DNA of 64,000 bases from an uncultured Parachlamydiaceae bacterium (GTDB taxonomy: Bacteria > Chlamydiota > Chlamydiia > Chlamydiales > Parachlamydiaceae): NCBI GenBank assembly GCA_963742415.1, contig CAVULX010000003.1, forward strand, positions 896,001-960,000. Reading direction: 5' to 3'. The notes under the pieces were generated by a model, which made no database searches, was not told the origin of the DNA, and was given only the letters and a program-made list of their open reading frames with translations. Each line of letters begins with the position of its first letter. Position 1 is the first letter of the stretch. This document shows, one piece after another, positions 26,846-37,184 of this stretch. A program made the position numbers and the translations under genes.

Positions 26846-28939
26846 ATGGAACATAAAGCTATGAAAGTCTTGGTGGGCGGACAAGAGCTCACATTTGAAA
26901 CGGGAAAAATCGGAAGGCAAGCAAACGGATCAGTTTTCGCGAAGTTAGGGGAGACCATCGTTTTTGCGACAGCCTGCGCTGCACCGGAACCCGCTCCCGA
27001 CACCGATTTTCTTCCCTTACGTGTCGATTACCAAGAAAATTATTCGGCCGCTGGGAGAACAAGCAGCGGTTTTGTCAAAAGGCAAGGCCGTCCTTCTGAG
27101 AGGGAGATCCTCGTTTCCCGCCTGATTGACCGTCCTCTTCGCCCGATGTTTGAAGAGGGGTATTATAATGAAGTCCAGGTGTTGTCATATGTTTGGTCAT
27201 ATGACACTGTTAATCCCCCCGAACCTCTGGCTATTTGCGCGGCTTCAGCTGCTTTGATCCTGTCCGATATTCCCCTGATTAAACCGGTGGCCGCTGTAAG
27301 GGTGGGGTTCATTGACAATACATTCGTTGTTAACCCAACCCTGGAACAAATGAAGGTATCCAAGCTCGATTTGATGCTCGCCGGAACCGAAGATGCTGTC
27401 CTCATGATTGAAGGATTTTGCGATTTCTTGACGGAAGATCAAATCTTAGAAGCGATCGAAACAGGGCATCAACACGGCATAAAAATTATCTGCGAAGCTT
27501 TGGCCCAATGGCAGAAGCACGTGGGGAAACCCAAAAATCACTCGACGCTGCACGTTTTGCCGCAAGACCTGATAGGATCTGTAGATGGGATAGCAAAGCC
27601 TCTGCTAGAACCTGCCTTGCGAATCAAAGAAAAGCAAAAACGGGAAGAGGCTTTAGATGCAATCACAGCCACGATTACAGAAACTTTATCGCCCGAAGGG
27701 GAAGAACCTAAGTATACCTCAATAGAGCTTGGAAGCGCGATCAAGCAGGTTCAATCCAAGTACATGCGGCAAATGATCCTCAACGAGAAAATACGCGCAG
27801 ATGGACGTACTTCCACAGACATTCGTGCGATCGACATCGAGTTGAGCCTTCTTCCGCGCACCCATGGAAGCGCCCTTTTTACTCGAGGTGAAACACAAGC
27901 GGTCGCCGTTTGCACACTCGGCGGCGAAAGTATGGGCCAAAGGTACGAGGATCTCGAAGGGGAAGGGCTTCACCGCTTTTACCTTCACTATGTATTTCCC
28001 CCCTTCTCGGTCGGAGAAGTGGGGCGGATCGGCGCTCCGGGAAGAAGGGAGATTGGGCATGGCAAATTAGCCGAACGCTCCTTGCTGGCAATCCTCCCCG
28101 CCAAAGAGAAGTTCCCTTATACCATCCGGATCGAATCCAACATCACTGAATCAAACGGTTCATCTTCAATGGCTTCGGTTTGCGGAGGCTGCTTGGCTAT
28201 GATGGATGCCGGGATTCCGGTTAAACGTCCTGTCGCTGGCATCGCCATGGGATTGATCCTCGAAAAAGATCACTACATTATTTTGTCCGATATTTTGGGG
28301 ATCGAAGATGCTTTAGGGGACATGGACTTTAAGGTGGCCGGAGATGCGGAAGGGATTACAGCCTTTCAAATGGATATTAAGGTGGAGGGGATCACCCCGG
28401 CCATCATGCGAGCCGCTTTAGCCCAAGCCAAAGAGGGGCGGATCCACATCCTTAACAAGATGTTGGCGGTATGCCCGAAATATAAAGAAAAGCTGTCGGT
28501 ATATGCCCCTCGCATTGAAACTTTGCAGATCAAGCCAAGTAAAATCGCGACGGTGATTGGTCCAGGCGGGAAGCAAATCCGTTCCATTATCGAGGAAACA
28601 GGGGTTCAGATCGATATCGACGATAGCGGGTTAGTCAGCATTTCCTCTCCAAGTTTGTCGGGGATTGAAAAAGCGAAAGAAATTATTTATAGCTTAACCG
28701 CCGAAGTTGAAATCGGCCGGGTTTACAATGGGAAAGTGACCTCTGTAGTCGCTTTTGGGGTTTTTGTCGAAATCTTGCCTGGGCGGGAAGGGTTGTGCCA
28801 CATATCGGAATTTGATACGTTGCGCATCGCTAACCTTGCCGATTATGTTAAGCAGGGGGATCTGATCTCGGTCAAAGTCCTCGACATCAACGAGCGCGGG
28901 CAATTAAAGCTCAGTCGCAAAGCCACCCTCGCTGTATAA
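26846..28939 (+). CDS. pnp: Polyribonucleotide nucleotidyltransferase (PNPase)
   Basis: SRLIDRPLRP, HGSALFTRGETQ, RREIGHG, SNGSSSMAS, GDMDFKVAG, KH and S1 domains. Confidence 0.98.
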   Translation: MEHKAMKVLVGGQELTFETGKIGRQANGSVFAKLGETIVFATACAAPEPAPDTDFLPLRVDYQENYSAAGRTSSGFVKRQGRPSEREILVSRLIDRPLRPMFEEGYYNEVQVLSYVWSYDTVNPPEPLAICAASAALILSDIPLIKPVAAVRVGFIDNTFVVNPTLEQMKVSKLDLMLAGTEDAVLMIEGFCDFLTEDQILEAIETGHQHGIKIICEALAQWQKHVGKPKNHSTLHVLPQDLIGSVDGIAKPLLEPALRIKEKQKREEALDAITATITETLSPEGEEPKYTSIELGSAIKQVQSKYMRQMILNEKIRADGRTSTDIRAIDIELSLLPRTHGSALFTRGETQAVAVCTLGGESMGQRYEDLEGEGLHRFYLHYVFPPFSVGEVGRIGAPGRREIGHGKLAERSLLAILPAKEKFPYTIRIESNITESNGSSSMASVCGGCLAMMDAGIPVKRPVAGIAMGLILEKDHYIILSDILGIEDALGDMDFKVAGDAEGITAFQMDIKVEGITPAIMRAALAQAKEGRIHILNKMLAVCPKYKEKLSVYAPRIETLQIKPSKIATVIGPGGKQIRSIIEETGVQIDIDDSGLVSISSPSLSGIEKAKEIIYSLTAEVEIGRVYNGKVTSVVAFGVFVEILPGREGLCHISEFDTLRIANLADYVKQGDLISVKVLDINERGQLKLSRKATLAV

Positions 28940-28957
28940 GTAGAAGGATAATCCCCT

Positions 28958-29073
28958 TTTGGAGTGCTGCGGCTTACCGCTAATCAAGGATGGTTATTTA
29001 CCAGGCCTTCGGCCTGATCAAAAAGGCAATCTGCTTAGCTTGATGCGTATGTGGCTTGCCGCCGCACTCCAAA
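28958..29073. repeat. GGAGTGCGG-family inverted repeat enclosing copy B of the 50-bp repeat
   Basis: TTTGGAGTGCTGCGGC ... GCCGCCGCACTCCAAA around CAGGCCTTCGGCCTGAT; lies between convergent genes. Confidence 0.8.
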
Positions 29074-29075
29074 TT

Positions 29076-31847
29076 TTAGGTCTCTTTAGATACAACCCCT
29101 TTCGTCAATGTGCCCGTCAAATCATTATATCGGGCGTCTTCTTCTGTTGAGGGAGTTGCTTTGATGGGTGGGGTTTCATCTAAACTTATGATCTCTTGCC
29201 CCTCACGATGGGGAACTTTAATGCTGGGAACGCTATATTTATTGGCAACGGATAGGATCCATTTAAATCCTTCACTGTTTCCAAAACCTTTTATCTCTTC
29301 GTACTTTGCCTTTTCTGCTGTTGGGGCAGTTTTTTCCAGGGTTTGCTTGAGATGAATATTAAAAGCTTCAATCAAGGGTGCATATTCCTTGCAAAGCTGT
29401 ACAATCTGCTTCTCCTGATCATCTAAATCCTTAACTTTATTAGTCGCTAACGATTTAAATATTTCATAATAATCATTATCATAGACAGCGCTTATCTCAT
29501 CCATTTTATCTAACCATTCCGCATTATAATTTTTCATTTTGAGGTAATATTGCGGGTATAATTTCTCTGTTATAGGATCTTCTTTAACCTTGTGATGAGG
29601 GTTCTCATTCAAATTTACAATGGCTTCCCTGAGGCCGATCTGGCCGGTAACGGGGTCAGCATCTAATCCATTATATAACCTTGCGGGCAGTGTATTAAGG
29701 CTAATAAAAGCTTCAGGATTAGTTTTTGATAGGTTCGACATATATTCCAGAACATGTCTATCCCTGGCTCTCCGTTCTGCAAGGATCTGCCGTTTGCGTG
29801 CCCATAAAGCAGGGGCATTCATGAACAAACCTATATTTTTAGCATCTTTCTGCATTTCGGGAGAGGGAGCGGTTCGCGTTTTAACAAACATGAGCATATC
29901 TTTGGCGAGTTTTTTGATTTTTTCAGCAGCTCCCCGGTCAATGCAATCTTTACAAGAAGTGTTTGTGTAACGGGCACCGGAAGCTAGTAAAATATAATCT
30001 TGGATCAAGTCGTAAGCATGTTCCATGGCTATTTGCCGTTCTTTGGGAGTCAAAAAATAAAACTTATCGGATGGAAAATGAGCATCTACGACTTTGTCAA
30101 GGATATGCTTAATATGGTCAATGTGAGGGGGCTGATTGTAAGGAGCCGAGATATTAAAAGAAGGGGATTTAAGGATCCCTGCTTTTTCATTGCCAAACAT
30201 GCGGGCTTTAAAATCATATAAAAAATCAGCTCGGCTTTGAACAGCAACGACAGGAAAAGCGTTGGTTCCTTCTTTGTGAACAGCTCTCCAAATTTCTATC
30301 AGCTCTTCCACAGCTTCTGCTTCGGTCGCATGTTTGGATATTTGTTTTTTTAAATGCTTTTCAAGGAGTTGGGCTTGAACATACACTTCTAAATTCTTCC
30401 CTTCCCATAAATGTTCATAATTTTGTTTGAGAGGAGAGTTTGATGAGAGAAGTCGAAAAAAATCTCCTCGTACAGCCATTTCTTCATGTAACTTTTTCCC
30501 CTCTTTATATTCCCGTTGCCAGTAAAAATCGGAATTTTTATCGAGGGTAACAACAGTAAAAAAACCTTTGAACTCTGGATCTTCGGCTAAAGCCTCTAAA
30601 GCTTTGACCCTCAAATCTTCTCTTGCAAATCCGAGAGTTTCCAAGATCCATTTTTTCGTTGATGATTGTTCCGCAGGGGAGCGTCGATCTTGAAGGTTGA
30701 AATAAACAATAGGATCCCCATTCGCTTTTGCAGTTCTTAAAAAAGCTATAAAAGCGGGATTTATTTCGTCGCCGATGGTGGGGGTTGGAGTGCGGATAAA
30801 TGTAAGTTCATTACCATCTGGCATGATCCGGGTATAATACACATTAGGGGGATTGCCATCTTTTATGGGATTAAGATCCATATGTTTGGTGCCCCCTTTG
30901 ATCGAGGAGGCCCATTTTGTCCAAGGGGAAATTTTATATTGGTCATCGGCATTTTCAATTCCCTTAGCAATCCCTTCTGAATTTTGAACTCCTTGATCGA
31001 AATCTCGATAAAAGGCTTCTTCAGGGGAGAGAGATCCATTCCCTTCTACATCTTTTTCTTTATACCCCCCATCCTCCGCGACTTTTTGAGCCACGCTGTT
31101 CATAAAATCGGTCATTTCAATCTTGGTGAAAAGGGCTCGAGCAATTGCATGCAGGGCAGCAATTTCGGGGTTGTTATGCTCTAAGTTTTGCATGGCGATT
31201 TTGTCACGGGGATAACTTTTAAAGTCCATCGTGGAGGTATAGTATTCGCTTCTAAGGGCACGATCATAAGCTTTCATAAAGGCTTTATAACGATCCCTTT
31301 CGTTTGCGAACCCCTCATCAGTAAAAAGGATCCTCAGTACTTCAGCGGTTTGCTGCTGACATTTATTTCGTGCAGGAATAGAAGAATAATGGATTCCCTT
31401 ATCTCGATCTTCTTCTTTTCCTGTTATCCAGAAGTTGATCATCTCTTTTACTTGATCAGAGGATTTGTTGGGCACATGGATCTGCTCCATCATTCCTTTG
31501 CCTATGAAGTTCAGGACTTTTTCATATTTTTGGGTGTGGCGCCAACCGGGGTCAAAGGGATTTCTTGCGTGTTCCCATGCTTTGCTGATCATGTTGATGA
31601 GCACTAAGCCGGCTTTAGCTGCCTGGGGCGGTAAGACTGCGCCTGGGGGGAAATAGGTGACATTTTTGACATTGTCATCGCTAAGAGGCAGAATTCCTGT
31701 GTTGGCGGCTTGTTCCGTTGTTTTTTTTGCAGAAGGAGGAGTTGGAGGTAAAGGGGTGTCTGGAAGAGGGCCTAAATCTTGAAATGCGCCTGAACTTTGA
31801 AAAGAGCCTAAATCTTTGGGTTCGTTTAAATTTCCAGAAGTTACCAT
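29076..31847 (-). CDS. Large effector-like protein with a CX5R phosphatase motif
   Basis: SCKDCIDRG at 29954-29934; Pro-rich N-terminus; GGGAGG RBS supports ATG 31847. Confidence 0.7.
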   Translation of the reverse strand: MVTSGNLNEPKDLGSFQSSGAFQDLGPLPDTPLPPTPPSAKKTTEQAANTGILPLSDDNVKNVTYFPPGAVLPPQAAKAGLVLINMISKAWEHARNPFDPGWRHTQKYEKVLNFIGKGMMEQIHVPNKSSDQVKEMINFWITGKEEDRDKGIHYSSIPARNKCQQQTAEVLRILFTDEGFANERDRYKAFMKAYDRALRSEYYTSTMDFKSYPRDKIAMQNLEHNNPEIAALHAIARALFTKIEMTDFMNSVAQKVAEDGGYKEKDVEGNGSLSPEEAFYRDFDQGVQNSEGIAKGIENADDQYKISPWTKWASSIKGGTKHMDLNPIKDGNPPNVYYTRIMPDGNELTFIRTPTPTIGDEINPAFIAFLRTAKANGDPIVYFNLQDRRSPAEQSSTKKWILETLGFAREDLRVKALEALAEDPEFKGFFTVVTLDKNSDFYWQREYKEGKKLHEEMAVRGDFFRLLSSNSPLKQNYEHLWEGKNLEVYVQAQLLEKHLKKQISKHATEAEAVEELIEIWRAVHKEGTNAFPVVAVQSRADFLYDFKARMFGNEKAGILKSPSFNISAPYNQPPHIDHIKHILDKVVDAHFPSDKFYFLTPKERQIAMEHAYDLIQDYILLASGARYTNTSCKDCIDRGAAEKIKKLAKDMLMFVKTRTAPSPEMQKDAKNIGLFMNAPALWARKRQILAERRARDRHVLEYMSNLSKTNPEAFISLNTLPARLYNGLDADPVTGQIGLREAIVNLNENPHHKVKEDPITEKLYPQYYLKMKNYNAEWLDKMDEISAVYDNDYYEIFKSLATNKVKDLDDQEKQIVQLCKEYAPLIEAFNIHLKQTLEKTAPTAEKAKYEEIKGFGNSEGFKWILSVANKYSVPSIKVPHREGQEIISLDETPPIKATPSTEEDARYNDLTGTLTKGVVSKET

Positions 31848-32017
31848 GAAAATTCCTCCCTGTAAAACAAACATTACCTATAATAATTTTAACATTTATA
31901 AAATAAAATTTACAAAAATAAATAATATCTAAAAAACAACGGAATTATTAAAAAGATAAGGAATAAATGTGAGGGAAGGAATAAAACAATTGACAAAGCT
32001 CAACGGAGGCAACTAAA

Positions 32018-32100
32018 TATTCAACGCAAAGGCGCTAAGGCGCAAAGAATTAGATCTTTGCGTCTTAGCGCCTTTGCGCCTTGCGCCTTTGCGTTGAATA
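32018..32100. repeat. Periodic inverted repeat, GCGCAAAG type
   Basis: TATTCAACGCAAAGGCGCTAAGGCGCAAAGA ... TCTTTGCGTCTTAGCGCCTTTGCGCCTTGCGCCTTTGCGTTGAATA just downstream of ftsH. Confidence 0.85.
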
Positions 32101-32111
32101 TCTATTTTACC

Positions 32112-34886
32112 TTAAATTGCCTGGGGGGCTTTGGGGGAATTAGGCGGCGATAGCGGGGAGGAATTGGAATTTTCAAACGGGGAGGGGGGGGGCATTACTG
32201 GGGTGCTTTTATGCAACTGGTCAGCTTTTTTCAAGCGCACCTTTTTCTCTTCGGTATCCCACTCATTGTTTAAGATTTTTTTCACATCTTCAGCATCCAG
32301 AGTTTCAAATTCAATCAACATTTGTGTCATGAGCTCAATTTGCGTACGATACTCGAGAATGATTTTTTTAGCTGATTCATGGGCTTCATCAACAATCATG
32401 CGAACTTCATCATCGATTGCTTTGGCTGTGACTTCTGAGTATTTCTTTTCATGATATCCGCTCATTCCCAAGTAGGCGCTAGCGTCAGCCCGTTCGTCGT
32501 AGGCGACGGCGCCGAGCTTATCGCTCATCCCCCATTCGCAAACCATGCTGCGCGCAATTGCGGTGGCTCGTTCGATATCTTGCTGGGCTCCGCTGGAAAT
32601 GTCGCCGACAAAGATCTCTTCGGCGACACGCCCTCCCATGAGGACGGCCAGTTGATCATGCAGCTCTTTTTTCCAATAGCTTACCCGATTTTTCCTGGGG
32701 AGGAACATGGTGGATCCCAAAGACATTCCCCGAGGAATAATGGTGACTTTTTCGACTGGATCAGCATGCTTGACAATAAGCCCGACCACGGCATGGCCAG
32801 ATTCGTGGTAAGCGGTTGTTTTTTTCTCATTTTCATCTATCTCTAGGCTGCGCCTTTCTTTGCCGAATAGAACCTTATCGCGAGCGTCAGCGAGCTCTGT
32901 CATCGTGACAGCAGAGCGCCCATTTCGGGCAGCGAGCAGGGCCGCTTCATTGAGGAGATTAGCTAAGTCGGCGCCTGAAGATCCGGGAGTGCTGCGGGCA
33001 ATGGTCATTAAATCAACAGACGCATCCATTTTGATTTTTCGGGCATGCACCTTTAGAATGTCATAGCGCCCTTTGATATCGGGCAAGCCGATGATGACCC
33101 GCCGGTCAAAACGGCCTGGACGTAGAAGAGCTTTATCTAAAACATCGGGCCGGTTGGTCGCGGCCATAAGGATGACCCCTTCGTTGGTATCAAATCCATC
33201 CATTTCAACGAGGAGTTGATTCAATGTTTGCTCCCGCTCATCATGTCCCCCGCCGATTCCGGCGCCGCGATGGCGGCCGACGGCGTCGATTTCGTCCATA
33301 AAGACGATGCAAGGGGCGCATTTTTTGGCTTGATCGAAAAGATCGCGAATCCGGCTGGCTCCGACCCCGACAAACATCTCCACGAAGTCAGATCCGGAGA
33401 TAGAGAAGAAAGGTCGATCGGCTTCGCCTGCGACGGCTTTGGCGATCAGAGTTTTTCCTGTTCCTGGAGGTCCGATACAGAGGACCCCTTTAGGGATGCG
33501 CCCGCCTAGGGAAGTAAACTTTTGGGGATTTTTTAAGAATTCGACGATCTCCTGCAGTTCTTCAATGGCTTCATCGACGCCGGCGACATCTTTGAAGGTG
33601 ACTTTATTAGACCCTTTGGTCAACAGTTTAGCTGGCGATTTGCCAAAGTTCATGGCGTTGGTGCCGACCCCTTTCATTTGACGGGCGAAGATGAAGTAGA
33701 GGACGAGGACGACGATGAGGACAGGCATCAGGGTGAAGAGATAATTCATGTAATTGGGAGCAGGCTCTTCGCTTTTGAATGTCTTTTCTAAAACGGTATT
33801 CAGAGGTTGGTCGGGAGCTTTGAAGAATCCCCCCCTATTTGCATTAAAATTGTCCCATTCCTCTTTCGCATTTACAAACCAGTGGTTGAACTGTTCGGGA
33901 TCTTGTTTTTCTAAAGCCCGGGTAGATAGTTCTTGATTATTGAAAAACCAGATGACTTGCTCAACCGCTTGCCGTGCTTTATCCAGCTGGACTTGGTTAT
34001 CATCGAGTTTTGTTGTGAGCTGATTATATTCGTCTATAGCCTCTTTATAATTGCGGACACTGCGCAATTTGGAGAGGCGGAGGTGGTCTTCCATTTGGCT
34101 TAAATCATCGACGACAGCTTGTAATTCCCCTAAAGCTCTTTCGTAAGAACCGATTTTTTCAGAAGAAGACCTATTGCTCTCATTGGCAATAGAGACCTGT
34201 TTATCGATATTTTTGAGGGTTTGCTTGACCGTTTCGTTGCCGATCCCCAACATGGGTGAGCGGAAATTACTGATTAGTTCAGACAAAGATTTGCCAAATG
34301 TTTGCAGGTCCCTTGGAGAGGGGGAGCTGCCAAAGGAGGAGAACTCCTGATTTAAGGCGGCAAGGCTGGTGACATTTTTTTTAGGAAGTTCGTGGATGGC
34401 GACGCTATTGTCTTCCCCGGCGTTATAGAGATCATCGACGACGACATATCCTTGGGGAGGGATGGGGGTTCCGCTGAGCAATAAAAACCATTCGGCAGAG
34501 GAGGCTATTTTTTCTCTTTGAGAAGTCAAATCTTTGAGAAGCCGTTCTTTATCGTTTTTTAATTCGTGATTAGTATGGAGCAGCTCAAGGTACTTAAACC
34601 GATTTTTTCCTTCATCTGTCAAACGGTCTCTAAATTTTCCGCTAAAGGTGACGAGGTTGTCATTTAAAGCTGTTTTGCGGCTATCTTCCGGCTGGATTAA
34701 TTGTAGGTTCACCAAGTGTTCGAGTTGGTAGCTAAAAGACACCTTGGCAAATTTTGTATCGATGAAATTTTGTACCATGAGCGCAAACAGAAACGCAGCC
34801 ATGAGGAACCAGATAAAGCTGTTCGGCAACCCTTTTTTGAAATCTTGCTTTTTATCTTCACCCATAGAGTCCTTTAAAAAACCCAT
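32112..34886 (-). CDS. ftsH: ATP-dependent zinc metalloprotease FtsH (chlamydial type, large periplasmic domain)
   Basis: [29 protein letters not shown]. Confidence 0.98.
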   Translation of the reverse strand: MGFLKDSMGEDKKQDFKKGLPNSFIWFLMAAFLFALMVQNFIDTKFAKVSFSYQLEHLVNLQLIQPEDSRKTALNDNLVTFSGKFRDRLTDEGKNRFKYLELLHTNHELKNDKERLLKDLTSQREKIASSAEWFLLLSGTPIPPQGYVVVDDLYNAGEDNSVAIHELPKKNVTSLAALNQEFSSFGSSPSPRDLQTFGKSLSELISNFRSPMLGIGNETVKQTLKNIDKQVSIANESNRSSSEKIGSYERALGELQAVVDDLSQMEDHLRLSKLRSVRNYKEAIDEYNQLTTKLDDNQVQLDKARQAVEQVIWFFNNQELSTRALEKQDPEQFNHWFVNAKEEWDNFNANRGGFFKAPDQPLNTVLEKTFKSEEPAPNYMNYLFTLMPVLIVVLVLYFIFARQMKGVGTNAMNFGKSPAKLLTKGSNKVTFKDVAGVDEAIEELQEIVEFLKNPQKFTSLGGRIPKGVLCIGPPGTGKTLIAKAVAGEADRPFFSISGSDFVEMFVGVGASRIRDLFDQAKKCAPCIVFMDEIDAVGRHRGAGIGGGHDEREQTLNQLLVEMDGFDTNEGVILMAATNRPDVLDKALLRPGRFDRRVIIGLPDIKGRYDILKVHARKIKMDASVDLMTIARSTPGSSGADLANLLNEAALLAARNGRSAVTMTELADARDKVLFGKERRSLEIDENEKKTTAYHESGHAVVGLIVKHADPVEKVTIIPRGMSLGSTMFLPRKNRVSYWKKELHDQLAVLMGGRVAEEIFVGDISSGAQQDIERATAIARSMVCEWGMSDKLGAVAYDERADASAYLGMSGYHEKKYSEVTAKAIDDEVRMIVDEAHESAKKIILEYRTQIELMTQMLIEFETLDAEDVKKILNNEWDTEEKKVRLKKADQLHKSTPVMPPPSPFENSNSSPLSPPNSPKAPQAI

Positions 34887-34987
34887 TCATTAGACGGGAT
34901 TGTGTTACCTTAGTAGTTAATTTTCAATAGCTTAGTCGAATAAATTCCAACTTAATTCCTTACTCGTTGATTATTCTAACACATAAC

Positions 34988-36363
34988 TTATTCATGTTCA
35001 ACATTCATGCTTCTTTTCTCGACATTTTTAATCAACGTCCGTTCCAAAACAACGGTTAACCCCGGTTTAACCTGATTGTCATCCTTTCGGTATTTATTGG
35101 TCAAAAATTCTGTGTGGAGCTTATTTCCTTCCCAGATGACAGGCACTAAGCGGCGAAGGAAGGCGGGAACTTTGGCATTTGTCCAACATTTGGTAATGGG
35201 GGAATCACCTGGAAAGCTACTGTTGAGGAGTGGAGGGCCGATCTGATACTGCCCTGCGGGGAGAGAGATTTGGCAGATTCCGCCCCAAGCTTTTTTCCAC
35301 CCTTTTTGAATCTCGATCCCTGTTTGGTAATGTGAGACATGGACCGTCCAGGCTCCGATTTGATGGGTGCCGAGGTTTAAAGCGTGGGAGTGGAGGAGCG
35401 GTTCCTTGGATTGGTAGGGCAAGAACAGCCGTTTTCTGTCGATGTAAAGCGTGCGGCTTTGCATTTGGATTTGCCGGTCTGCGAGGCCGGTGGAGAGGAG
35501 GCGTGCGGCAGTTTTTAGGCAAAAACGGGAGAGGCACAGGGAGTCTAATTCACAAAATTTTTTTAAAATATAATGGATCTCAAGTGGATGGACTGGATCG
35601 GTTTGGCTTAAATCGAGAAATAGGCCCCATTTCCCTTTTTCAATTGTTTGCAGCAAATGATTACTTTGGAGTTGAGATAATGGTGCCATTCCAGCGCTTC
35701 GGCACCCAATCTTTCTAAATTTTTTTCCACCTGTTTTCCAAATTCTTTCGAAAGGGCAGGTAAAATACGGGTGCGGAATTTTCCCCTTAAAAATCTGGGG
35801 TCCCTGTTTGTTCGATCGTCAAAACCTTTGAGTTGATGCCGTTCAAGCCATTGCAGGATCTCATTTTTGTTGATTTTTAAAAGGGGGCGCCAAAAGAGGA
35901 CATTGTGCACTGTCGCTGTTTCGCGCAAACCGCATAGATACGGCAAGCTGGCTCCTTCAAGGACCCTCTTAAGGACAGTTTCGGCTTGGTCATCGGCATG
36001 GTGGGCAAGTAAAACAGCTTGATAATGATATTTTTGGCATAAATCGGCAAAGAATAGAATCCGGGCATCCCGGCTTGCGGCTTCGAGGTTTCCTTGTAAA
36101 TCTTCTGGAAGCAAGGTTTTGAGGTGGAAAGGGAGACCCTCTTTCTCCACGATGTTTTGAAGGAGGCGGGCTTCTTCGCTGCTTTCTTGCCGCCAACCGT
36201 GATCGACGTGGGCAATCCCTAGTTCAAAGGGGTGTTGTTTCCGGTATTTAAGCAATAGGTGAAAAAGGGCTAAAGAGTCGGGACCTCCGGATAATCCAAG
36301 AAGTAGCGGAGATTTAAAATCGTAATGATTTTGGAAAAATTGAAAAACCGTTTGCTCGATCAT
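34988..36363 (-). CDS. tilS: tRNA(Ile)-lysidine synthetase, split by a frameshift near 35660 (ORFs 35608..36363 and 34988..35689)
   Basis: SGGPDS, HVDHGWR, AHHADDQAET, RPLL in the first ORF; the overlapping ORF supplies the C-terminus; tilS-ftsH order. Confidence 0.88.
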
Positions 36364-36366
36364 GGA

Positions 36367-36726
36367 TTACATATGGGAATAAATCTGATAAAAAGTATAG
36401 AGGATGACAATTATAACAATGAAAATCAAGAAATAAAATGAAGGGGGATCGAAGCGGAGGGCCATGGTCATTTCATCATTTCCGGATAGCGCTTTTTTCT
36501 TTGCTGAAATTAAAGTATCTTCTTCCAGATCTTCTTCCCTTTGTAGGGGTATATCATCCTCAAAAATTTTTTTAAGCTCGGGGACATTCCGTGCAGGGGT
36601 CCAAACGATAAAACCCATTTTCCATACCAAGGAATCGGGAGTGAGTTTAGGATGGGTTTTGAGATCATTTAAAGTGTAAGGACCTTCTTTTACCCCATCA
36701 ATTTCGATATACCATTCCTTTATCAT
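36367..36726 (-). CDS. GYF_2 (DUF4339) domain membrane protein
   Basis: WYIEIDGVKEGPY..LVWKMGFIVWTPA..VPEL plus a C-terminal TM helix. Confidence 0.85.
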   Translation of the reverse strand: MIKEWYIEIDGVKEGPYTLNDLKTHPKLTPDSLVWKMGFIVWTPARNVPELKKIFEDDIPLQREEDLEEDTLISAKKKALSGNDEMTMALRFDPPSFYFLIFIVIIVILYTFYQIYSHM

Positions 36727-36862
36727 AATTGGCTCAACTTCTATATGTTATTGTATCAAATCCTCAATTTATTGTATCTTTATACAAATACAATGCGATG
36801 CGCGAACTTAGAAGTCGCCCTAAATTAAAATCACGGATAGTTAGGAGACACAGAGAGGGAAA

Positions 36863-37016
36863 AAACAGGATAAGCAGGATCGTAAACGGCAGGATAAGCA
36901 AGATATTGAATAAAGAGTAAGAATATGCGGATATGATTGAGTTAAGACTTTTCAAAAACATCGTTTTTTCTTTTATCCTGCTTATCCTGCCGTTTACGAT
37001 CCTGCTTATCCTGTTT
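36863..37016. repeat. CAGGATAAG-type inverted-repeat element, copy 1
   Basis: AAACAGGATAAGCAGGATCGTAAACGGCAGGATAAGCA and its reverse complement; second copy at 63062-63215. Confidence 0.92.
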
Positions 37017-37128
37017 CTTCTCTGCCCTAGTTACAGCCAGTGAGATTGGTTAGGAGAAGGGATTAGTAAGGAGAAAGGTTTAGTTTGGCTTTTATTAATT
37101 TAAAATTTTCTCAATGTTCTCATACTAT

Positions 37129-37155
37129 CTCAGTGATCTCACTGGCTCAGTGGTT
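37129..37155 (-). repeat. AACCACTGAG-type periodic repeat
   Basis: Reverse complement AACCACTGAGCCAGTGAGATCACTGAG matches 63010-63036 with one mismatch. Confidence 0.85.
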
Positions 37156-37184
37156 AAAAATTCATCGCAAATGGTAACAAACTT

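Noticed and set aside
27163..28903. Many overlapping ORFs within pnp (likewise within ftsH, alr, opp genes and glgP)
   Set aside because: Expected shadow frames of higher-GC housekeeping genes, with no recognisable motifs.
28959..29150. 63-aa ORF after pnp
   Set aside because: It starts in the GGAGTGCGG repeat and overlaps the convergent gene; likely spurious.
32112..34886. Unusually long FtsH with a large N-terminal insert
   Set aside because: A large periplasmic domain is normal for chlamydial FtsH.
36729..36961. ORFs 36729..36920 and 36764..36961 with periodic RISRI / ILLIL sequence
   Set aside because: These are translations of the CAGGATAAG repeat, not credible genes.
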